Part shown: positions 1 through 6,031 of the stretch, in pieces
Numbering within the stretch: the first letter of the stretch is position 1
Layout: each line of letters begins with the position of its first letter
Assembly (NCBI GenBank): GCA_003133025.1
Contig: PKZK01000071.1
Span: 1 to 10,731 of the forward strand
Direction: 5' to 3'
DNA: 10,731 bases
Origin: Vulcanimicrobiota bacterium
GTDB taxonomy: Bacteria; Vulcanimicrobiota; Vulcanimicrobiia; Vulcanimicrobiales; Vulcanimicrobiaceae
The notes under the pieces: generated by a model
The model's input: the letters and a program-made list of their open reading frames with translations, nothing else
Database searches by the model: none
Told to the model about the DNA's origin: nothing
Position numbers and translations under genes: made by a program

Positions 1-450
1 GCGTTCGGCCGACGTCGTGAATCACACGATTCATGGATTCCAAAGCATTGCAACAAATGCCTATGGTATCAGGAACGGTACGCCGGTTATGCGACCCGCG
101 CGGTGGACTACATCGACGCGTTGCGCAACCGCACGCTGATGCTCGCGGCACTCGAGCAAAGCTTCGAACCGTACGACGCGATCGTTGCGCCGACGCTGCC
201 GACGGTCGCCTATCCGGTCGACCGGCCCTTCGATGAAGCGTATCCCAAGTACCCCGGCGCGCTCAGTTTGATCCCGGCCGGTAATTTGATCGGAGCTCCG
301 GCGATCGGCCTGCCCAACGGCTTCGCTGAAAATGGGCTGCCGACGGGGCTCTCGCTGCTGGGTCTTCCCTGGTGTGAGGTAAAGTTGACGCGCATAGCCC
401 GCGAGTATCAGCGTCGCTCTGATTTTCACCGCGCTCGTCCGAAGCTATAG
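1..450 (+). CDS. Amidase signature family protein (GatA-like amidase), C-terminal part; 5'-truncated or interrupted
   Basis: Frame 1 is open from base 1 to TAG at 448-450. From about base 79 it reads YAGYATRAVDYIDALRNR...YDAIVAPTLPTVAY...GNLIGAPAIGLPNGFAENGLPTGLSLLGLPWCEVKLTRIAREYQ, matching the amidase C-terminal pattern (D-x-hh-x-PT-x-P; N-x-x-G-x-PA-h-x-hP-x-G-x4-GLP-x-G-h-x-hhG). The GTG at 103 is internal. Bases 1-76 do not look like amidase (see findings). Confidence 0.85.
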   Translation, partial: AFGRRRESHDSWIPKHCNKCLWYQERYAGYATRAVDYIDALRNRTLMLAALEQSFEPYDAIVAPTLPTVAYPVDRPFDEAYPKYPGALSLIPAGNLIGAPAIGLPNGFAENGLPTGLSLLGLPWCEVKLTRIAREYQRRSDFHRARPKL

Positions 451-457
451 AGAAGAG

Positions 458-488
458 AAGAGACCCGGCACGTCGTGCCGGGTCTCTT
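458..488. terminator. Intrinsic terminator, probably bidirectional, between the convergent amidase and lipoprotein 1 genes
   Basis: Perfect 14-bp inverted repeat AAGAGACCCGGCAC (458-471) / GTGCCGGGTCTCTT (475-488) with a 3-nt loop. On the minus strand the GC stem runs into a pyrimidine tail UCUCUUCUCUUCU. It lies 7 nt after the amidase stop and 19 nt after the lipoprotein stop. Confidence 0.85.
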
Positions 489-507
489 GCATGTCGAGCG
501 CTGTGGT

Positions 508-1665
508 TTAGCGGTGCAGGTACAGCGTCCGCTGAGCCTGTTTGCGCAGACCGCGCGGATCGCGGGCGCGAGCACCGGTGCCGCTACCGTACGAATAGAC
601 GAAGTCGGCGAAGGTGACGTCGGTTTGTCCCGCGCTGCCGACCAGCGTGGGCACCTGATTGGTGTTCGCCGGCGGCGCAGCTTCGAACGCGGGGTAATCG
701 GCGCCGGCGAGTTGCACGAGGATCGTGTCGCCCGAATTGAAGGTCGTCGTCGGCGGGTTGCCCGGGCCGATGTCGCCCGGGAACGAGACCGACGTTTGGC
801 CTGCGGTCGCGACCGCGGTGTACACGCCGCCCGAGGTGATGTCGACCGCGTTGACGATCGTTTCGGTGACGCCGGCCGGAGGCTTTCCGAAGGTGATCGT
901 GGCGCCGCCCGAGCCGCTCGCGACGAAGTCCGGCGTGTTCGTCCACGGCGGTAACGGCTTCGTCTTGCTCAGCGTCGCCGTGACCGTCGGCGAGACGTAG
1001 GTTCCCGTATTGGAGGTTTGGATCGTGAGCTTCACGCCGTACCCGCCCGTGACCGGCGTGGCGTAGAAGGTGGTAAAGCCCTCGGAGTAGCCGTTGAACG
1101 CCGCGGGGTAGTCGCCGTTGCGGAAGTTGGGGAAGGCCGGCGGGCCGCCGATGAATTGATCCTGCGGACAATTCGGTTGAGCGGCCTGGCAGCTCGGATC
1201 TTCGTCGCCCGCGTAAAACGGCAGCGTGTTGAAGCTGCTGATCAGGTCGCCCGAGGTGTCGCTGTTATCCGGCTGGATGCCGTACGAGAAGATACCGTTG
1301 CTCGTGGAGAGCGTCGAGGGTTTTGCGGTTTGGCCGGGCAGCACTTGCAGCGATCCCGAGATGATGTTGGTGCCTGCATCGTCGCCGGCCTGAGCGCTCG
1401 GCGGCACGATGAATGTCGCCGGACCCGTGATGGTCGGCGTGCTGAGGCCCGTGGCCGAGTCGCCATTGGCCTGGCGCCACGTCGCGACGACGTTGAGTCC
1501 GACGGTGCCGTCGTTGAAGGTGGCCACACCGACGGCCGCATTGATGCGGTCGCTGGAGAGGTTTGCCGAGGTGTATCCCGGTTGCAGTCCGCTGTTGCCG
1601 GACGTGCACCCGGTTGCCAAACCCAGGAGAGCCACCGCAGCTAGGGATGGACTAAACTTGCGCAA
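508..1665 (-). CDS. Lipoprotein 1, uncharacterised receptor-associated lipoprotein (385 aa; TTG start)
   Basis: The ORF-track start at 1863 overlaps the receptor gene. A TTG at 1665 follows TAAGGAG (1682-1676) by 10 nt and gives MRKFSPSLAAVALLGLATG-C20, a signal peptide II with lipobox. The body is Ser/Thr/Gly/Pro-rich and collinearly homologous to the 9408..10691 protein. Confidence 0.85.
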   Translation of the reverse strand: MRKFSPSLAAVALLGLATGCTSGNSGLQPGYTSANLSSDRINAAVGVATFNDGTVGLNVVATWRQANGDSATGLSTPTITGPATFIVPPSAQAGDDAGTNIISGSLQVLPGQTAKPSTLSTSNGIFSYGIQPDNSDTSGDLISSFNTLPFYAGDEDPSCQAAQPNCPQDQFIGGPPAFPNFRNGDYPAAFNGYSEGFTTFYATPVTGGYGVKLTIQTSNTGTYVSPTVTATLSKTKPLPPWTNTPDFVASGSGGATITFGKPPAGVTETIVNAVDITSGGVYTAVATAGQTSVSFPGDIGPGNPPTTTFNSGDTILVQLAGADYPAFEAAPPANTNQVPTLVGSAGQTDVTFADFVYSYGSGTGARARDPRGLRKQAQRTLYLHR

Positions 1666-1675
1666 TGGATTCTCT

Positions 1676-1682
1676 CTCCTTA
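1676..1682 (-). promoter_or_regulatory. Shine-Dalgarno of lipoprotein 1, overlapping the receptor 1 stop codon
   Basis: The minus strand reads CTG TAA GGAG AGAGAATCCA TTG CGC AAG, so the TAA stop is part of TAAGGAG. Confidence 0.7.
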
Positions 1683-4600
1683 CAGCTTGAGCTGATAGTA
1701 GAAACGCAACGTCAGCGGCGTTTGGTTCGGGCTGATCAAGTACGGGTCGTAGCCGTACCGGTCGTTCGCGTACTGCGACGAGATCCCGAGCTCGGGGAAC
1801 TGGTAGAACGTCTGGCTCGAGCCGGTCAGCGGGCCGCCGATGCCGGTTGCAACGGGCTGCCAACGCGCGTTCAGTCCCGGATTTCCGTAGAGCTGGTTGA
1901 ACAAGTTGGCAATCTGCAGACCGAAGGTATGGTGCGACCCGGGCGGGCTGAACTCGAAGGACACGTTGGTTCTGAAGTGCGGCGACGAGAGCACGCCACC
2001 TGCCGAAGCGCTCTCCGGCGTGCCGCGCGTCGCGTAAATGTTCGGGTGGAAGAACGAGCCCGGGTTGAGCGGGTCGACATACGCCCAGGCGCCGGTCGAA
2101 CCGAACGGCGAGGTGACGTTGGTCTCGGCCACGTTGTATGGTTTACCGTTGACCACGAACGGTGCGATCGTACCGGCGCCGATCGGATAGCCGCGATCGT
2201 AGCTGATCACCGGGTTGATGCGGAAGCCGCCGTGCGTCTTGTACTGCAGGGCAAGCGTTGACTGGAACGGCGAGAGGAAGCCGACGCGGTACAGGTTGCC
2301 CAATTGCAGCGATTGGATCGGAATCGACGGGAAGAAGTCTTCGCTCGCCGAGGTCGGGATCACGTTCGAAAACTCGTTGATGTACGTTGCCGAAAGCGAG
2401 CCCGAGAAGCCGTACGCGGCCTCCTTCGTCAGGTAGAACTCGAGGCCGGTGGTCTTCGACGTGCCGAGATTCGTCTCGGTCGACGGACCGAACTCGTACG
2501 AACCGTCGGGAGCGAGAAGCGGCTGGCCCGTCGCCGGGTTGATGCGCGGTTCGTCGACCAAGGCCAACTGGTTATAGCCGCGGCGGTAGAACGGCGTCAG
2601 CTTGACGCTGATGTTGTCGGGAAATTGGTGCGAGTAGGAGCCTTCCCAGTTGGTGAAGGTTTCCGGCTGCACCGGCTGAATCGGCACGCCCTCGATCAGG
2701 TTCTGGTTGTCCCAGCGCAACTGCTCGGCGTAGTTGTGGCATAGTCCGTTTTGGAAGATACCGCAATACGTCGCCGGCGAGTTCGTGAAGACGTTGTACG
2801 ACGGCACGTTGGCATAGGCGCTGTAGATGCCGACCGGGTTCATCAAGTCGATGTCGCCGAGCGACGCGAGTTCGACCGAGCGCGCGAATTCCGCGCGGAT
2901 CGCATCGTTCTTGGTCAACTGATACGAGAAGGCCAAGCGCGGTTCGGGCACGACCGGATGGGTCTCGCTGGTCGTCAGCGTCGTGTACGGGTAGAGCTGC
3001 CCTTGCGAGTCCTTGTGGTACCCGGTCGGCGCGTAGTTGCACTCCGCCGCGGTGTTGTACCAACTCGTCGGGTCGGACGTGTTCTCCGCGCCGCTGGTCG
3101 GATTACAACCGGTGAGCGGCGGCAGTTGGTAATTGGTCGAGTCGACGCGCAAGCCGGCGTTGATCTTCAACCGGTCGCTGGGCGAGAACTGGTCGAGCAA
3201 GTAGAACGACGCATCTTGACGATCGGTCACGCTCTGCTCGTTGTTGCGCGGGATCTGGCCGGGGCCGGTCAGCGACCAGTTCGGACCGCCGGTGCTCTTG
3301 AAGTTGTTCCACAGATAGCCGCACTGGCCGGCGCCGAAAATGTACGACGTGGGGCAATACGCACTGTTGGGGCTGACGAAGTCGCCGACTTCATAGCCCG
3401 GGCTGCTGCCGATCAATCCGCCCGACGCGGCGAGCACGCCGTCCACCGGGTCGACCTGGTCGTAGATCGGCTTGAGGAACTCGTACTTGCCGCCGAACTG
3501 GACCAGGTTCTTGGAGTTGATCTGCTTGGTCGAGTCGAGCGCGAGGCCCGAGCGCGAGCCGCCCTGCTTGAGGTACAGGCTCTGCTCGAAGATGTCGTCT
3601 TCGAGGAAGGGGAAGTCGAACGTCACGACCGCATTCGTGCGATACGCCTTGAGCGTAAAGAACGTCGAAGCGTCGATGTTGTTCGAGTACTGGAGCTTCC
3701 ACACGTCGTTGGGCTGATAGTAATTCTCCGGCCCGCGATCGAGCGGCGCGGAGTAGCACGGCGTGTTGAAGGCCGGCCCGGCGGCGTACGGGATCGTCTC
3801 GGAAGCCGTGGTACAGGTCGAAAGTTGGCTCAGGGCCGGCTGTCCGGGAATGCGCTCGGCGAGTTGGCCGAATTGATACGGATTCAAGCCCGTGTAGAAG
3901 GGCAGGTAGTACATGTCGAACTGGTCGCCGGCCGCATAGCTCATGCCGCCGTAGCCGCCGTAGTTGCCCAAGAAATTGTTGGTCTGGTTCTCGTAGAACA
4001 ACTGCAGCGATTGCTGGTTGCTCTTGCCGAACTTGTAGATGAGGTTATTGGTCAGGTTGTCGGAGATGAAGAAGTTCGTTGCGTAGAAGGCGCCCGTGCC
4101 CAGGTCCTTGGCGACGGTGCCGCGCGAGCCGAACTGGTTGTTCTCGCGGGTGCCGGTGTAGGCGATGTAATCGGAGAACCGGTTGTTGGGCGTCGCAAAG
4201 CCGTATTCGAAGCTCAACTGGTGATCGAAGGGCTGCGCCAACGCGTCGACTTCTATGTCGCCGAACGCGGGGTTCGAACCCCGCTTCGAAATCAGGTTGA
4301 TGACGCCGGTACCGGTGTTGCCCTGCGAGGCGTCGCCCGCGCCGGGAATCAACTGCAACTCGCCGATGCCCGGATTGATGGCCAGCGAGTTGATGAACTG
4401 CGAAGTGAAGGCGTCGGTGTAGTCGATGCCCTCGAACTGGAAGCCCTCTTCGTTCTCGCGGCCGCCGCGTAGAACGGGGTAACCGCTCGAGTCGAGGCTC
4501 GCACCGGGAAGGCTGACCAGCAAGTCGGTTTCGCTGACGGCGTTGGCCTTACCGAGTTGCGTCGTGATCTGCGACGAACTCACCGTGTACGTGTCTTGCG

Positions 4601-5030
4601 TCTGCGTCGGCTGGAACGCGCCGCCCGGACTGCGCGCGCTGACCGATCCGATGGTCTTGAGCGACTTCTGCAGTCCGGTGGTGACCTGCGCTATCTGGTC
4701 GGCAAACACGTTGACGCCGGTCAGAGAGGCCGGTTGGTATCCGGTTATTTCGAACGACACCGTATACGTGTCGGGCGAGACGCCGGTGAACGACACGAAA
4801 CCTTTCGCGTCGGTCTTGCTGGAATATTGCCCGGTCGGCGAAACCGCGGTGACGCGGACGCCGGCGAGCGGGGCCCCGGTCTTCCCGTCGGTAACCGTTC
4901 CCGAAATCGTCCCGGTCGTGCCCGCTAAAAGGGTCCCGGCCGAGTTGACGAAGAGGGCGATTGCCAAAAGGACGCCGACGATAAGACGGCGACCGTAGCC
5001 CCGCGGGTTGAAGCGTGAAACAACGAACAC
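1680..5030 (-). CDS. TonB-dependent outer-membrane receptor 1 with N-terminal carboxypeptidase-regulatory-like domain (Oar-like architecture), 1116 aa
   Basis: GTG start 6 nt after AAGGAG. Sec signal peptide (..RRLIVGVLLAIALFVNSAGTLLA). CarboxypepD_reg-like segment GTISGTVTDGKTGAPLAGVRVTAVS...TDAKG...DTYTVSFEITGY. TonB-box-like LKTIGSVSARS. Plug motifs LPGASLDSSGYPVLRGG...FQFEGID and GDASQGNTGTGVINLISKRG. Barrel motifs DRLKINAGLRVD, PEPRLAFSYQL, IRAEFARS, LQIANLFNQ. Amphipathic last strand LRFYYQLKL. Confidence 0.93.
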   Translation of the reverse strand: MFVVSRFNPRGYGRRLIVGVLLAIALFVNSAGTLLAGTTGTISGTVTDGKTGAPLAGVRVTAVSPTGQYSSKTDAKGFVSFTGVSPDTYTVSFEITGYQPASLTGVNVFADQIAQVTTGLQKSLKTIGSVSARSPGGAFQPTQTQDTYTVSSSQITTQLGKANAVSETDLLVSLPGASLDSSGYPVLRGGRENEEGFQFEGIDYTDAFTSQFINSLAINPGIGELQLIPGAGDASQGNTGTGVINLISKRGSNPAFGDIEVDALAQPFDHQLSFEYGFATPNNRFSDYIAYTGTRENNQFGSRGTVAKDLGTGAFYATNFFISDNLTNNLIYKFGKSNQQSLQLFYENQTNNFLGNYGGYGGMSYAAGDQFDMYYLPFYTGLNPYQFGQLAERIPGQPALSQLSTCTTASETIPYAAGPAFNTPCYSAPLDRGPENYYQPNDVWKLQYSNNIDASTFFTLKAYRTNAVVTFDFPFLEDDIFEQSLYLKQGGSRSGLALDSTKQINSKNLVQFGGKYEFLKPIYDQVDPVDGVLAASGGLIGSSPGYEVGDFVSPNSAYCPTSYIFGAGQCGYLWNNFKSTGGPNWSLTGPGQIPRNNEQSVTDRQDASFYLLDQFSPSDRLKINAGLRVDSTNYQLPPLTGCNPTSGAENTSDPTSWYNTAAECNYAPTGYHKDSQGQLYPYTTLTTSETHPVVPEPRLAFSYQLTKNDAIRAEFARSVELASLGDIDLMNPVGIYSAYANVPSYNVFTNSPATYCGIFQNGLCHNYAEQLRWDNQNLIEGVPIQPVQPETFTNWEGSYSHQFPDNISVKLTPFYRRGYNQLALVDEPRINPATGQPLLAPDGSYEFGPSTETNLGTSKTTGLEFYLTKEAAYGFSGSLSATYINEFSNVIPTSASEDFFPSIPIQSLQLGNLYRVGFLSPFQSTLALQYKTHGGFRINPVISYDRGYPIGAGTIAPFVVNGKPYNVAETNVTSPFGSTGAWAYVDPLNPGSFFHPNIYATRGTPESASAGGVLSSPHFRTNVSFEFSPPGSHHTFGLQIANLFNQLYGNPGLNARWQPVATGIGGPLTGSSQTFYQFPELGISSQYANDRYGYDPYLISPNQTPLTLRFYYQLKL

Positions 5031-5036
5031 TCGAAA

Positions 5037-5042
5037 CTCCTT
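5037..5042 (-). promoter_or_regulatory. Shine-Dalgarno of receptor 1
   Basis: Minus strand AAGGAG-TTTCGA-GTG (6-nt spacer to the GTG at 5030). Confidence 0.75.
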
Positions 5043-5089
5043 CAGTGTGCGCTTCGTGGGAGAACCCTGGGTTGGGCCTGATATCGGTT

Positions 5090-5104
5090 AATTGCCGCTC
5101 AATT
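5090..5104. promoter_or_regulatory. Candidate operator palindrome in the divergent receptor 1 / DMT intergenic region
   Basis: AATTG-CCGCT-CAATT, an AT-rich dyad in the middle of a 126-bp GC-rich divergent intergenic region. The regulator is unknown. Confidence 0.35.
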
Positions 5105-5156
5105 CCTTGCACTTGGCCGTCTCGCCGAGGTCACCGTTAGCGGCTCCGCGGCGGGT

Positions 5157-5990
5157 GTGGCCGGCATCGGTTTGGCGCTCCTGGCGGCGGTCTCGTATGG
5201 CTCGGCCGACTTCCTCGGCGGCATAGCAAGCCGCCGCCTCCCGGCGGCGGTCGTGGTCGTGTCCTCGCAGGTCGCCGGATTGGCGCTGCTCGTGGCGCTG
5301 CTGCCGCTCGTACCGGGCCATTTCCATGCCTCGGATTTGGGCTGGGGTTTGGCGGCCGGCGTGTTCGGCGCGGTCGGGATCGGCGCGCTCTACGCAGCCC
5401 TTGCCGTTGGAAGGATGGGGCTCGTCTCTCCGGTCACGGCCGTGGTGGGCGCGAGCGTCCCGGTCGTGTGGGGCTTGCTCAGCGGCGAGCGCCCGGGTGC
5501 GGCTGCCTTGCTCGGCGTCGGCCTGGCCTTTATCGCCGTGGTGCTCGTCTCGACCAACGTCGAGACGGGCCGAATCTCGCCACGCGAGCCGGGCATCGGG
5601 CTGGCCTTGGTCAGCGGGCTCGCGATCGGGCTGCTCTACGTATTGCTGGCCCAGGCACACCGGGACTCGGGTCTCACGATCTTGGCGGCCGGCCGGCTCA
5701 GCTCGATCCCGCTCCTGGCCGCGTGGGCGCTCGCCAAGGGCGAGCGGCTCTTCCCGCCCCGGTCGCTGTGGGGCACCCTGGCGCTGACGGGGGGCCTCGA
5801 CATGGGAGCCAACGTGCTCTACGTGCTCTCCGCGCGGGTGGGCCTGGTGTCGATCGCCGCGGTTCTCACCTCGCTCTATCCCGCGGCCACCGTCTTCCTG
5901 GCTCGCGTCGTTTTGGGCGAACGGCTCAGCGCCGTGCAGTGGGCGGGGGTCGGCTGCGCTGCTGCCGGGGTCGCTCTGATCGCCGTTTGA
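5157..5990 (+). CDS. EamA/DMT (drug-metabolite transporter) family inner-membrane protein, 277 aa
   Basis: About 10 hydrophobic helices in two repeats. N-terminal LALLAAVSYGSADFLGG; repeat-end motifs SPVTAVVGASVPVVWGLLSGERP and SLYPAATVFLARVVLGERLSAVQWAGV are typical of EamA. The GTG start has no obvious SD, so the exact start is uncertain. Confidence 0.9.
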   Translation: MAGIGLALLAAVSYGSADFLGGIASRRLPAAVVVVSSQVAGLALLVALLPLVPGHFHASDLGWGLAAGVFGAVGIGALYAALAVGRMGLVSPVTAVVGASVPVVWGLLSGERPGAAALLGVGLAFIAVVLVSTNVETGRISPREPGIGLALVSGLAIGLLYVLLAQAHRDSGLTILAAGRLSSIPLLAAWALAKGERLFPPRSLWGTLALTGGLDMGANVLYVLSARVGLVSIAAVLTSLYPAATVFLARVVLGERLSAVQWAGVGCAAAGVALIAV

Positions 5991-6031
5991 CCGGGCGCCT
6001 GCTCCGGCATCCGGCCGGGTAACGCCCGGGC

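Noticed and set aside
64..72. TGGTATCAG, similar to the tRNA-iMet primer-binding site of LTR retrotransposons
   Set aside because: It is only a 9-nt match that diverges immediately after, in bacterial context with no retroelement ORF.
1666..1863. 66-aa N-terminal extension of lipoprotein 1 in the ORF track
   Set aside because: It overlaps the receptor 1 3' end in another frame. The SD, TTG start, signal peptide and alignment with lipoprotein 2 all point to a start at 1665.
4022..4042. Perfect 21-bp inverted repeat with 7233-7253 (TCATCTACAAGTTCGGCAAGA), suggesting an invertible segment that would shuffle receptor halves
   Set aside because: It encodes the conserved peptide IYKFGK in both paralogs using preferred codons, so protein conservation plus codon bias explains it. 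No recombinase gene is in the window.
4975..4995. Twin arginine (GRRLIV) in the receptor 1 signal peptide as a Tat signal
   Set aside because: It matches S/T-R-R-x-F-L-K poorly, the paralog has KR instead, and beta-barrel proteins are exported unfolded via Sec.
5088..5106. Resemblance of minus-strand GGAATTGAGCGGCAATT to the lac operator (vector contamination?)
   Set aside because: It needs two internal deletions to match lacO, and no other vector sequence flanks it. Kept only as a generic palindrome.
5157..5990. Higher GC of the DMT gene (72-77% in two sampled 60-nt lines) as evidence of horizontal insertion
   Set aside because: It is explained by the Ala/Gly/Val/Leu-rich membrane-protein composition versus the Asn/Tyr/Thr-rich receptors. 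No flanking repeats or mobility genes are present.
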